Of a DNA stretch of 64,000 nt, positions 1 through 14,487 are shown in pieces. This stretch comes from Eledone cirrhosa (Eukaryota). Each line of letters starts with the position of its first letter. The stretch's first letter is position 1. Location of the stretch: assembly GCA_964016885.1 (NCBI GenBank), contig OZ024747.1, forward strand, positions 38,874,001 through 38,938,000. Reading direction: 5' to 3'. Made by a program: the position numbers and the translations under genes. Under the pieces are notes generated by a model. That model made no database searches. It saw nothing but the letters and a program-made list of their open reading frames with translations, and was not told the DNA's origin.

Positions 1-1443
1 CACCTGCACAATGGACTCAGTCGACAACCGGATCAGTGTCACACGCGACAGCAGCTGTTCGACATAGCTCCACAAGTCAGCAATGCTCGGGCACTGAACG
101 AGCGCGTGCACAACGGTTTCGTCGCTATGCGCGCATCTCGGACAGGCTCGGCTGACGGCACATCCGTGCCTGTAGAGCTTATCTCGAACCGGCAGCGCTC
201 CCCGGTGGCACTGCCAGGCCAGGGATTTTTGGAAGTTATACATAGGCCCCGGGCTGAAAGTTCTCCGGAAGAGAGCAAACAGCTGATCTTCTTCGACGCC
301 CAGGATCTCTCCGAGAATGTCGTCGCTCTTCCCCTCCACTAGTCTTCTATAGAACGCCGAGGTGGATGTTCCACCGATGCTGGTGCCCAACTGGGAGAGG
401 GCAGTGAGCGCCTGGAGACATTCCAGTTTCCAAGCGCTATCCCTCGGTCTTTTTCTGACCCAGGACTGCAGCTCCCTCAAGGAGACAAGCTGTGGGAAAA
501 CGTGCCTGGCGAACGGCGACCACACCCGTTCACCATCAAGGATGCACCAGATATGTTGCAGCCCCAGCGCATGTTTGCGCATCATCAGCCATGGCATGCC
601 CAGTCCTCCACGCAACGGGTGTTGACAGCAGATGGATCATCTGACGATGGGAGCGCGTCCCTTCCGCAAAAAGCGGAAGAGGAGGCGCTCCATTTTCGCT
701 GGAGCAAGGAACGACGGTGAGGCGGTAGCAGATGACGAATGCGATGTACGCATTCGCCACTTCCGCCCGGCCTTTCAGGGACAGCTTCCTCTCAGCCGAT
801 CTTGGGTGAGGGAGGCCACCCTGATCGTCACCTCTTTCCAGTTTTTCTCCATCTGGAGGTCCGGTCCGAACCAGGCCCCGAGCAATTTAACGGGTCCGTC
901 CGTCCAACGCCCCACAACGCTGTTGGACGGCATGGACTTGCCTCTCCAGGTGCCTAGCTGAAGCCCACCAACTTTTCTGGACGTGTCTGGTGCTCGACAC
1001 CACGACGGTGACGTCGTCAGCGTAAGCCGACTCGGATTTCCCGCATCCTAGTTCGCGTGGGACGCCCCTCATCGCCCCCAGTTTGTGCAGTAACAGCTGG
1101 AGAGCCAATACATACAAGAGGGACGAGAGGCGACAACACTGGCGGACTGAGCGCATGATGCTGAACGGCTGCGACAGGTGACCGTTCACCCTCACAACTG
1201 AGCAGATGTCGCTGTACATAGCTACGATCCAACGTCTGAAAGCGGGCCCGAAACCGGCTGCCTCGAGGACCGCCGCCAGGTACCGATGGTCGACCCTATC
1301 GAATGTTTTGGATTGATCCAAGTTGATCAGGGCCCCACACTTGCCAGGTTCCTTAACCACCCTATCTATGATGTATCGCATGAGGTGGAGGTTGTCGTGT
1401 ATGGGTCTGTCCGGAGGCCGCATATCTGCGCCTCTCACACCAG
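1..1443 (-). mobile_element. L1/Tx1-clade LINE fragment (degenerate RT plus C-terminal zinc-binding region), 5'-truncated, runs off window
   Basis: ORF 887..1642(-) contains RT motifs LDQSKTFDRVDH, VRQCCRLSSLLY (GVRQGCPLSPLLY-like) and AYADDVT. Bases 1-530 are homologous to 2010-2500, which encodes the CPRC...H....CP motif. Confidence 0.9.
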
Positions 1444-1446
1444 ACC

Positions 1447-2515
1447 ATAATAATAATAATAATAATAATGTTTTCTTTATTAACCACAAGGGTTTACACA
1501 GAGTAGATATTAAGGACGGTACAGGACAATACAGGACGGTACAAAAGGGCATTTCTGTGTGTAAAAAAAAAACCAAAACAGAGGGTGTAATAATAGAACA
1601 ATGAAAAAATTCCCCAATAGGGGGGAGACTTCTGAGGGACATTCGTGGAGAAAGCCCATTAAAAAGCCACAGTAACCCTGACCACCAGGGTAAGTGACTT
1701 CTCCCAGTTTTTCACTTTTAATTTACAGACACATACTCAGAGTAGGCAATTCACTCGGGCCATTCTTGCCTCTCTCACCCATCTTTCAACTAAATGCTGG
1801 GAAGAGAGCACTTCCCTTTCTACTATGATTTTCCTTTTCAAGTGAAATTGGAAAAAGTTAATCAGGGTATCAACGAAGAGGTAACTGTTCGTCTTCAGCC
1901 CTTTCAAACGTGTCCACCATAATATTTATTTCGCCATGGCCACCAGACAGATAAAAACTGCCTGCCCTTCCCGGCTAAAGGAAGAGGGCGGGGCCATCCT
2001 CACGATGGACTCAGCTGATAGCTGGATACGTCCTACACGCGACAGCATGTGTTCGACATAAACCCACAAGTCAGCAATGCTCGGACACAGGACCAGTGCG
2101 TGCAGGACGGTTTCGTTGCCCTGAGCACATCTCGGACATGCCCGGCTAACGCCACCTCCATGCCTGTCGAGTTTATCCCGAACTGGCAAAGCTCCTCGGT
2201 AGCACTGCCAGGCCAGGGATTTATGGAAGTTGTCCATAGGTCCCGGCCAGAAAGTTCTTCCGAAGAGATTGGCTAGTTGATTTTCGTCGACGCCTAGAGT
2301 ATCCCCAAGTACGTCGTCGCTCTTCCCCTCCACTAATCCTCTATAGAACGCCAACGGGGAGTTTCCACCGATCACATTGCCCGATAGGTCGAAGGCTGTG
2401 AGCGCCAGAAGACATTTCAGTCTCCAAGCGCTCCCTCTCGTCTTCGCTTGACCCAAGTAGACGAGCTGGGGAAAGACGCGTCTAGCAAACGGCGACCACA
2501 CCTGTGCACCGTCGA
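1447..2515 (-). mobile_element. L1/Tx1-clade LINE 3' end (zf-RVT-like C-terminus, 3' UTR, (ATT)n tail)
   Basis: ORF 1926..2501(-) reads AWQCYRGALPVRDKL...CPRCAQGNETVLHALVLCP. An (AAT)n tract at 1447-1468 marks the 3' tail. Homologous to 1-530. Confidence 0.85.
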
Positions 2516-2524
2516 ATAGTAATA

Positions 2525-2587
<63 letters not shown>

Positions 2588-2970
2588 CGTTTCATTTTTT
2601 CCGTTTATATATATATATATATATATAAACGGAAAAAATGAAACGAAATTTCATTTCTCACTCTTAGTACGGCTGTTACTTAAATATAAGTATGTATACG
2701 TACATACATATATGTATACAGACGTACAGTTGTATGTATATATATACATACATGCACACATATATATATGTACGTATGGGTTTATCGAACATTTAAGTAA
2801 CAGCCGTGCTAAGAGTGAGAAATGAAATTTCGTTTCATTTTTTCCGTTTATCGTTTTCGGTGCGCCCGGCCGATGAACTCACTCGATATGCAAATTAGGC
2901 TTCTCAGCCGTTAATATGCATATGGAAAGTATATACTTTCAGACGTTCAATAATCTGGCAGGAAGGTATA

Positions 2971-3011
2971 CGTTGCTGACGATAGCTAATAAACTTGAAA
3001 CTAGTACATCG
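2971..3011 (+). ncRNA. Minimal type I hammerhead ribozyme (family A)
   Basis: CGUUG-CUGACGA-UAGCU AAUA AACUU-GAAA-CUAG-UA-CAUCG. Loop III (CUAG) is palindromic. The copy at 3614-3653 has a perfect AGCU/AGCU stem II but GAA instead of GAAA. The copy at 34467-34507(-) has stem I GAUG/CAUC. Confidence 0.7.
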
Positions 3012-3110
3012 TTCCTTTGTCAGTGTTGAACAAAAGGGCAACGATGGTTGCTAAACACTGTACGTTTTAATTCGGGACGTTTGTTTACAACCACACCGAC
3101 CATTATAATA

Positions 3111-3296
3111 AATTGTTTCTACTTTAGGCACAAGGCCAGCAATTACCCAGTGCATTACTGGTACTTTTGTTTTATCGACCCCGCAAGGATGAAAGGCAAA
3201 GTCAACCTCGGCGGGATTTGAACTCAGATCGTAAAGGGACGTAACTATGCTGGAAATCATGTTCGACCCTCTACCGTTACTGCCAATCCACCGCCC
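3111..3296 (-). mobile_element. tRNA-derived SINE (octopus OK/OR-like), full length
   Basis: Minus strand has an A-box-like TGGCAGTAACGG, a B-box GAGTTCAAATCCC, and the body CTTTCATCCTT.CGGGGTCGATAAAA...GGCCTTGTGCC. More than 10 copies occur in the window. Confidence 0.85.
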
Positions 3297-3699
3297 TTTA
3301 TAATAAATTATAATAAATTATAATAAATGTTCGGTAAATCCATACGTACATGTATATATGTGTGCATATATGTATATATATACATACTACTGTATGTCTG
3401 TATACATATATGTATGTACGTATACATACTTAAATTTAAGTAACAGCCGTGCTAATAGTGAGAAATGAAATTTAGTTTCATTTGTTCCGTTTATCCTTAT
3501 CGGTGCGCCCGGCCGATTAACTCACTCGATATGCAAATTAGGCTTCTCAGCCGTTAATATGCATAAGGAAAGTAAATACTTTCGGACGTTCAATAATTTG
3601 GCAGGAAGGTATACGTTGCTGACGATAGCTAATAAGCTTGAACTAGTACATCGTTCCTTTGTCAGTGTTGAACAAAAGGGCAACGATGGTATATATATA

Positions 3700-4340
3700 C
3701 TAGCAGTGCATCCCGGCCTTGCACGGGTAAGGACATTGGTAATAGCACCTCCAATGAGAAATGTTTATTTGTGAGTGCCTGTTAAAAACTCACGAAAATA
3801 TACCGACAGGAAACTTGTTTTATTTGGTGAAAATTGAGAAGTTGAAAGTCCTTTGTTTTGGCCTATTGGAATAAATCTGAAAGAGAAAGTTAAGTTGGCA
3901 GAAGGTCTAGGCTAATTACCTCAAAAGTTCATTCACACACTTTCCACTAAGTTACTCTTTCTCTCTATCCTTCTCGGTGCAGTACCTTACGAATTTCTCG
4001 CGTAGGCCTGGCGTAGATTTGCACCCGATCCATCTACCCGATGCACATGTCCACTTTGTACGACTTTTGGAGGAATAAGTGACCAGCAGTACGTTGTTCG
4101 GTATTATTACGAAATGGTGTAGCAGAGAATCCCGCGTGAACTAACAGCTCGGGAGGAAACTGCTTACCTCGAAGACTCATTCGCCATCGTTCTTGTCAAC
4201 GCTCCGTTTACTTGGTATTTGTTGGTCAACAGTTGGATGAATGGCGCACAATGGGTTAATGTCTATTAGCAAGAAGTTTTTTGAATAATAAAAGACGGGT
4301 TAAAGCGACCTACATTGTATCTGTATGTATATATATATAT
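3700..4340 (-). mobile_element. Non-autonomous Helitron-like element
   Basis: Minus-strand end TTACCCG TGCAAGGC CGGG ATGCACTG CTAG|T is a subterminal hairpin followed by CTAG and T, the canonical Helitron 3' end. It matches the end at 10613-10645. The 5' boundary is uncertain. Confidence 0.55.
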
Positions 4341-4344
4341 ATGT

Positions 4345-4945
4345 CAGGTCACCGGTTGGTGCTACTGGTAACATGTATTCCAGTACAACCTGTCTCATGG
4401 TCGGGTCGTTGGCGACTAAACTGGCAACCCTACCGTTTCTTGGTGAGGAGGGTGAATTTGGACATCCTGCAGCACTAAAAACAAAACCTGTCAAAGGGCA
4501 AAGGAGCTCATAATAGTCAATGGCCATCCAAAATCACCGGGAGAGATGACCCCTTAGCCTTTGTCAAGGCAGAATTCTAGGAGAAGGAAAACTCTGATAT
4601 AACACCTGAAACTCTGATGGTATCGAATGATGTTGACATGTTCTTCTTTTTGGTAAATATCATCTTCGTTAACAGAGTGGGACTGGCTTTATGCAGTGCC
4701 TTTGCTCACTATAAAAGCTTCACGGCACAGGCATTGCTTTGTATCTGTAGATCTCTTTGCACTTGTCGTCACATGGTACCATGGGCCCAGAACTGTGTCA
4801 ATAATTTTCACAAGTGTAGTGTTTGTACCAGAGTTTTCAAGTCGCTGGCTGGACTAAAAAGTCACATTCGTTCAGCGCATCGGTGGGAGTTCTCCTATAT
4901 GGATATAAAGTAGTGGCCGTACTCGAAAACGAGTTGGCAGCCACC
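4345..4945 (+). mobile_element. Internally deleted RTE-LINE-derived element (5' portion plus C2H2-encoding 3' end)
   Basis: 4380-4720 is homologous to 48929-49410. The 3' part encodes HKCSVCTRVFKSLAGLKSHIRSAH (C2H2 finger as at RTE C-termini) and ends ACTCGAAAACGAG..GCAGCCACC, matching 49480-49508. Confidence 0.6.
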
Positions 4946-4948
4946 ATA

Positions 4949-5296
<348 letters not shown>

Positions 5297-5912
5297 TACA
5301 TATATATATATATAGAGAGAGAGAGATACATATATATATATATACAGATATATATATATATACACAGATACATATATATATATAAATACACAGATATATA
5401 TATATATATATGTGTATGTATGCATATATGTGTGTGTGAGTGTGTGTGTGTGTGTGTATGTATGTATATATATATAATAAATGAATTAAAAATAGAAATT
5501 AGGAATATCCCTCATCAGTTGTCTACTAGCCATCATAGGTATTTTCTTCGCATTACAGACAATATAACTCCAGCTAGGGCGATACAATAACTAAAATAAG
5601 TTATTGGGATAAAAAGAGTTGGGTGGAGAGAGAAAGAGGGTAGCAGTAAGGGAAGAGAAAACATAAATATATAGTTTTATAAAAAAAGACTCCAGTTGCA
5701 TTTTCGATTTCATCATTTTTCCTTATACTTTCAATCGTGTAGGACACGGTTTTTTTTTCATTCTGTAAAAAAAACTCACTTTCTCGACGGGTATCGATTA
5801 CCAGCGCCTAAAATCCCTTTAACAACAGAAAAGTCAATCGGAGTAGAAATGTGGATTTGTATAGACTTTGCAAAAACGAGAAAACACACACACACATACA
5901 CACACACACACA

Positions 5913-5954
<42 letters not shown>

Positions 5955-5977
5955 CAGTTATATATATATATATATAT

Positions 5978-6746
<769 letters not shown>

Positions 6747-7197
6747 GATCTTATGGAGACATTTTTAGTGGCTATACCGAAAATATTTATTCGGAGAAAA
6801 TGATTAGTCACTTCGTTAAGAACTCGAGGGTTTGAGAGAGATATCTATACAAATAAATAAATTATCTTCTTTCCAGTATACATGACCGGTAAGATATGTT
6901 AGCTCTATCGCAAAATATCAAGCGATGTTGTCACGAATAACATAACGTAAATGAATACCTTATCTTGCAAGTAAAATTTCAATTCACTTTGATTTTTAGG
7001 CACTCGTTAAATCTATTTCCTAGTGTCGCTTGCTAGATATAGAGTAGTTTATAGCTGAGGTGACGTCTCAGTGAGTCTAATGCAGCAGGACATAACGTTT
7101 GTATTGTTACTAATGACGGTATTATGTGTCATATATTGATCAGTAATGTCTTTTGACTATATATATGTATACATCTAATTTGGTACTTATAAGACAA

Positions 7198-7281
7198 TAA
7201 TTGTTTCTACTTTAGGCACAAGGCCAGCAATTACCCAGTGCATTACTGGTACTTTATTTTATCGACCCCGTAAGGATGAAA
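7198..7281 (-). mobile_element. 5'-truncated tRNA-derived SINE
   Basis: Near-identical to 3111-3212. Smaller pieces at about 7787-7855 and 11462-11550. Confidence 0.8.
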
Positions 7282-8524
7282 GGCAAAGTCAACCTCGGCG
7301 AGAATGTTATCGAAATACATACAAGAATTGTTATCTTAGAAAATATGTAATATATGATATTCTAAAATAATATATGAAATAATTTGTCCATATATTACAA
7401 TTAGAATATTATTTGAAAGTACATTCTAGAATTAACGTTAACTATAACTTAACTCTTCAAACTAAGAAATATTAGAATTATCGTTTCCTTTGACATGAAA
7501 CATGTTTACACATATTATCTAAGTAATAGGTATACTTTACATAAATATTAAAGTTTCGTAAATCCATTCCTATGCAACTATTGAATATACAAAATAGTAT
7601 AAATCTTCTATACTAAAATAGAACAACTTCCATTTTCTGAAGCCATATTATTGAAAATGTAAAATATATTCACACACAATATCGTAAGTCTTCATATATA
7701 AAAATATATCAATTATTTATCTATAAAATAAATAAAATATATACTCACCAAAACTATTTATATATATGACTAACCTGTTGTAATATAATTGTTTCTACTA
7801 TTGACACAAGGCCAGAAATTAACCAGTACATTACTGGTACTTTATTTTATCGACCTTATATACTTATAACTGTAATCTTCATAAAATATACTTATAAATA
7901 CTATCTTCATAATATTAAAACACACCAATAGAATAGACCCAATTGTATATATGAATACAATATATATCTCACATTTTAAATTAATATTCTCTCACTTTAA
8001 CACAATTATTTATAAATCACACATTATATTATAAATACTTTCAAAATATATAATTAAATAATAAGATAAATAAAATAAATATAATTATTTCATTCTCTCT
8101 ACAGCCTCACAAATATGTTCCGGAAAAATTATATACGTCTATTCATATGATTAGTCTGTTATTAACTGCAATATATATTTTTTGTCCTTAAATTTTCTTC
8201 CAAGCTAATAATAACCTTATTTCCTTTTCCTTATAAAAAAATAATCCTAATATTTACTTAAATTTATCTAGCGTCTAAATATAGCGATCTTTTTCAATTT
8301 TAACGTTATCCTTATTAGCATATTCATCTTGTGATTTGAAATTCTTCTTCAATATTCAAATAGAACTAAAGACATTAAGTTCTAGTTTGAATATGTCACT
8401 ATCTGTAAAACAACTTTTGTATTTTATCTCATGAGTGCGTACCAACATTTTGGTAACCTCGAAATATATATAATAAAATAAATATGGTTGTTTTATAAAG
8501 ATAGTTTCCATTTATTAATGTTAT

Positions 8525-8601
<77 letters not shown>

Positions 8602-8602
8602 A

Positions 8603-8667
<65 letters not shown>

Positions 8668-9492
8668 CGTGTGTGTTTGTGTGTGTGTATAGGTGTAACT
8701 TAAGTTATATGAATAAGAGACCTATAAACATAATTACCTGTGAAATATATGAATGTTCAAATATTATTCCTTCTACAGAAAATCGCAACTTAGCATTCCA
8801 GCATTTCAGCTATTCTGAGAGTAAGTACTTATTTGATTCCAGGTATGAATAAAAGTGGTTATGTTGCACTGTCAAGCGTATGTGCGTCCTGGAATTTAGA
8901 TTTAACATTTCGCTTCGATAGTCAATGTTAAATTTCCTGGAGATTCACATAAGTTATAAGTGTAGAAGAACAGTAAAAAGAAATAGAGAAACGTAGAGTG
9001 ATTACTTCCCCCTCAATGCTAGATGAATTCAGTAACATTTAGGACACCAATGACATTGGTTACGCTTTCTTTTCTGAGGAAAAAGACAGTACATACACAC
9101 ACGCACACACACACATACTCACACTCTCACAGACACACGCATATATATATAATTATGTATGTTTATCTACTATATAAATGGCAATTTATTTCTGTCTGTG
9201 TATTTGTGTATATGTGTATAACCAGATGACGCCTACAGCAGTGATCCGATCCTCATGAAACTTTACTCACATGTTAAGCTAATATTCAGAACGAGGTGTC
9301 ATATTTACAATGGAGGAGGAAAAAGAAGACGTTTCAGTTAGAAAGGGGGACGAGGAGATACTACTACAGTATGTTAAAACCTTCCTCCTCCCACAACTCA
9401 GTCCTCCAAAACGACACAACTTATTAGAAATATACATAAAGATTTTCAAACAAAGTAAGCGACAATGTGCGTTCTTGATTGTTCTCCATTCT

Positions 9493-9539
<47 letters not shown>

Positions 9540-9852
9540 ATGAGAAACCAGAGAAAAAGAGGGTTTGAGAAAGAAAGAAAGAGAGTGAGTGGGATTGGGG
9601 ATGGGAGAAAATGATAGCAGCGTTCGATAATTTTAACTTTTATTTATTTATTCTTTACACACTGTTTAACTCTCCTCTTCCCTCAACCTTACGTCTCTTT
9701 CTCTCTCTCTTTCACACAAGACGTACTGCGACTGCATGTTTGTATATGTGTGTCTGGGGAAGTAACAATGTCCACACACACAGAGAAGATTCCGTTAAGG
9801 GTGAAAGCAGCGATTCTCTGCTTAAACTTTAATCTGTTATTTTAATAAATGA

Positions 9853-10644
9853 ATATATATATATATATAAAACTGAGGATGTGTGTGTGTACCCACATAA
9901 CTTCTACAGTTTGCAACCGATTTTCTTCAGATCTGGAACAGAGATGCATTATGTTCCCACAAGTGTTGTTGACTCATAAAACTCTCATGTCTTTGTTTAT
10001 GCGACCTCTAGTTGGACAAAGGCTGTCTTTGGACCACCGTGACAATCACGTCCCATGTGCGAAACTTAAATAAGTGTTGCTTATCACTTTATTCATGTTA
10101 GTGTGTTACGTCCTCATTCCTTAGATAATGCCTCCAAGGAAGAGATCCGCCATTGGTCGAAAAACAGCGAAGGGAGGGAAAAGAAGAAAAGCAAATGAAT
10201 CGTCAATGGAAGCTGCAATTAGACGATCGCAAGAGGCTGAACGTAAATCTACGGCAAGAGCGTTAGAAAATTACGAGTAGAGTTGTATTTAAGACATAGG
10301 TTACTTATGTACTCAGGATGGTCATGGGCGCTTTAACTTTTCCAGATATTGATTATAAAGGGGGACAGATAGCCCCCTTTAATCGCTTCCTTTGAATCGA
10401 CTGAAGCACTGCAGTGCAATGCAACAAAACGTCATAATTTCTGGAGTTCGCAACGGATTTTCACCAGTCTTGACACATGGGATACGTGTGTTCTACAGAT
10501 GAATTTGACCACCCAGTAATCCTTTTTTGGAAAATGTCGATGATTTTGTACAAGTATCGTTTTCGAAGCAGCACTGAAGTATTGACATGAATGCTATACA
10601 TGACTGCTATTTAATACCCGAGCAACGCCGGGTACCTCTGCTAG
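9853..10644 (+). mobile_element. Non-autonomous Helitron with remnant N-terminal coding segment
   Basis: 3' end CCCG AGCAACGC CGGG TACCTCTG CTAG|T. 5' region TATATATAAAACTGAGGATGTGTGTG resembles non-autonomous Helitron starts. Internal ORF 10128-10280 (MPPRKRSAIGRKT...RKANESSMEAAIRRSQEAER) resembles basic Rep/Hel N-termini. Confidence 0.6.
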
Positions 10645-12309
10645 TTTGCATATAAATCATACAACTATTTTCAGAGTTATAAATATATCATAATTGTACA
10701 ATAGTCGTATGATGGGGGAGCCGACTGATCATTTCGTCCATAGAAATGGATGCATTCAGTAATGTTAAAATATTATTCACCAGGAGTATAATTCAAACAT
10801 GGGAACATTCCCTTCAAAATATGGAGAAAAAAAACATCTATTACCCACGAGAGTCAACTTATCCGTTCAAATCATCCGTTACATTTACTGTGGGTTCGTA
10901 CCACTAGTTTGATGAACCCATCTTACATTTAGAAAGACAGTTTCTAATATATCAAATACAAAATCCAGTGATTGTGTGCGATGATGCAGGATTATTGGGG
11001 TAGAAAGTACATATACTATCGACGTATGTATGGTTATTGATTGGCATTGAAGTCTGGTTAAACGATAAATGTCCAAATTAAATACTTTTTGATTTTTACT
11101 TATGTCAATGAATTTTCTATTCAAGGATGGGCATACTCTATTATGCTTTCATCCCTTTAAAGTTGAAATTATTATTATTAATTCTGCAGCCATTTACAGA
11201 ATATTTCGAAAGTTGATTGTTTTACATATGGTCAAGACTCTTTAAGCAATAAATAAATAAATTAATTAATGAAAACATAAATAAATACCTTCTAGCAGAC
11301 ATTAACAGAATTCCATTTTAATAATCCCTTGCAGCTGTTACGTTTAATAAGTAACATAAGAATCATTAAGCGTCATCAACAGAAATAGTACAACTTTGCT
11401 TATTATCAATACCGGACGTAAAGTTATCCACCATGACGTTATCCACCATAACGTTATTTCAATAATTGTTTCCATGTTGGGCACAAGGCCAGATATTAAC
11501 CCAGTTCATTACTGGTGCTTAATTTTATCAACCCCTAAGAATGAAAGGCAAATGGACGTATCGTTATTAGGAAATGAACAAAATACCATTATTCCGAACA
11601 TAAATGTATCGTTTTGCTCTACTACATGCAAATTTGATTGAAATAATTTAAAGAATCGTGAATTTAAAAATGGATATTGTTATTCAATGTAACTTTGAAA
11701 ATACGGTGAAGTGATTTGAGTCCCAGTTTCAGCGGACTCCGGCAATTAACAGCTGGATTGAGCATGTATCTAATGTTACAGAACGCCTCATACTTGATTT
11801 AGGTAAATTTCCAACCTGTGCGAGGAAGATAAGAGTATATATATATGGCTACTAACCATCGTTACTCAGTATTTCATGTTTATATCCTTTTAATAGTAGC
11901 AGATTAACCCCGCGTTCATCATCAATTTTCAAATAGAGTAGTATGGAAAGAGAAATATATGAGTTGATAGAGATTGATAGTTCGTAATAGAGATTGGTAC
12001 ATTGAAGAAAATGGAGGGTGAACATTAGATAAGAAAGAGAAAGATGAAAGCCTATTAAATATTTGTAGGAATCAGTAGACATAGCTACACCTGCTATAAA
12101 TCTAGTTTCACGCAATACAAAATAGATGATTTATGGAAGTAAAATGTGGCAGAAACTTCGAGCTTTCATATTTGCATTCGCAGGATCATCAGATAAGACT
12201 TTGATAATCCCAGGAGTGTGCAAGTGAAACACTAGAGTAGCAAGGCTCACAACGTAGCTTTTAAATAAATATTTAAACTCTACTCTACATTTTCTCAAAC
12301 ACACACACA

Positions 12310-12448
<139 letters not shown>

Positions 12449-13240
12449 CACACACATTTATATATATATATATATATGTCGACAATGACTTTGAAAAGTA
12501 ATATTACCAAATAGAATTTTAGAAAACGAAATACTCACTACTCAATACCAATGTACATGTAATTAATTATATAATTGCAATGTATGCAACGGAAAATATC
12601 TGACTAAAAAATGTATAAAAATAATTCATATTTACTAATTGGAATCTAGTTCAAACGCAGAAGAATGATTATATTGAACGCAATATGAAATATACTCAAA
12701 CATATATAAACATTTATAAAATATTAGAAAACAGAAATAAAAAAGGCTTTCATTAACAACAAATTTCGACACTGAACGTACCATAATATACAACAGAAAT
12801 ACTATAGGAAACTATTTAGTATAATTCCAATTTATTATATTTTGGGGAATGTCGAATTTTAACGCCCGTTCCAACATAACTAAATAAAAGAAGAGCCATT
12901 GAACAAAATGTTTTTTAGCTCTGTAAACATGACATGTGTGAATGATGTATTGACAGATGCAACTGACTGCGGACATAGAAGCACATTAGCAGCCTTGTTC
13001 ATCTCAAGACGCAGGAGATTCTAAGTTTGAGTTTATAACTCTTTCTGTCCTGAATTCAAATCCCGCCAAGATTATCTTTACGATTCATCATGACACCGTC
13101 AATAAAATAAAGTACAATTCAAGTATTAGGTTAAAACAATTCAACTTTTCCTCCACGCAAATAGCAGCCCTTCTTCCAATAATACAAATAATTATTAAAG
13201 CAAATACCCATGAATATAAATTTAAATATATATATATATA

Positions 13241-14487
13241 TTGTTATACTTTGGGAGGGTCATGTTGCTAATAAGAAACACACGCACCAGTTGCTTTCAC
13301 TTCAATTTATTATAATAAATTTATAAATTCAGGGATTTATAAATTTCCGGTTGATTGGTTGGTTCCACAACCAGATGGTTGTTTATATATTGCCAAATTT
13401 CTTTCGTCACGTCACACATTATGTGACCTCTTCAGTGACTGTGGATTCTTTTCTTTGTTTTTGTGCCTCTCCTTTGTTCTGTCCTACGCCATCTTGTTTC
13501 TCTGTGTATGTTATGTGCTCAGTCTGCGCATGCGCCACATCCGGATGTCTGTGTGTGTTTATATTCGTTTATTTATTTGTTTATTTACATGTATTACTGG
13601 TTGGTTGTTTGTTCTATGTGCGTGTGTGTTTTCATTTTGTCCTTAATTGTAAGTTGTTTTGTTGCTATTCCACTCATGTTTTCTATTTAATTTTGGTTGT
13701 AATTCTTTTATGTTTATTGCCTCTGTGATTTGTCTAAACATTGCGTCTTTTCTGTGTGTAGATTCTATTTTTATTTCTATGTTCTCTAATTTACCCTTAT
13801 GTTCTATTTTAACATGTTGGTAGAGTACAGATGATTCTTTACTATCTTGAAGGTCTCGCCAGTGTTCATTTATCCGTTCCCCTACACTACGAGCTGTCTC
13901 ACCTATGTACACTATATTTTTATCTCTATATCGTCCTTCAGTACATCTTATGCTATATACTACATTTCTAGTTTTACAGTTAATATGGGGGCTTAATTTA
14001 CAGGTTATACATTTCTTAACTATACAGGGGGTCTTTCAAAAGGATATGTCTTGCTAATAAGTGTTTTTATGGAGGTACCTGGTCTTTCTACTATCTTAAT
14101 ATTGAGTTTATGTTTATCTAGGGCCATTCTAAATTTGTAAGCTAATTCACCTTTAGGGCTTGTATCGATGAACTTTACACTCTGGTATTTATTTATATCA
14201 TACCATGAGTTTATTCTATTAGTCTTATTCCTAGTTCGTTCTATTCTATTCCAACATTTGCTCCTATACAAGGGGCAGGGCCCATTTGTGTCATTATTTA
14301 CCATTTTTTCCCATTTGGTTCTGGCTCCTCTATACACTCTGATTTTATCTCTCTGATTGTAACCAAAGAACTGCATACGGTGGATGAAGTGTTGTATGTG
14401 TCTCTCTAGTTCTTCGGGGTTGCACATGCGGGACACGTTTCTCATCACCCGTACCAAATCCGCTATCAGTATGTTCATTTTGGTCGA
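13241..14487 (-). mobile_element. Penelope-like element 3' half (RT thumb, Cys-rich linker, GIY-YIG endonuclease, pLTR), inverted copy
   Basis: ORF 14020..14823(-) reads ...NVSRMCNPEELERHIQHFIHRMQ..., and after a frameshift near 14025 ORF 13643..13912(-) reads YIGETARSVGERINEH...RQITEAINIKELQPKLN. Confidence 0.9.

Larger units (their letters stand above)
2586..3690 (+). mobile_element. Family A hammerhead-bearing repeat (putative PLE pseudo-LTR): inverted arm plus two tandem copies separated by a SINE
   Basis: 2790-3049 and 3434-3690 are near-identical direct copies. 2626-2795 is the reverse complement of about 3325-3495. Flanked by (TA)n. Further copies at 34197-34695 and 42400-42545. Confidence 0.75.

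Noticed and set aside
4617-4913. C2H2 zinc-finger ORF as a host ZNF gene
   Set aside because: A single finger at the 3' end of a repeated RTE-like element, with no linker array.
5495-5530. CTGATGA-GGGATATTCC on the minus strand
   Set aside because: No GAAA or stem I partner follows. At best a truncated hammerhead.
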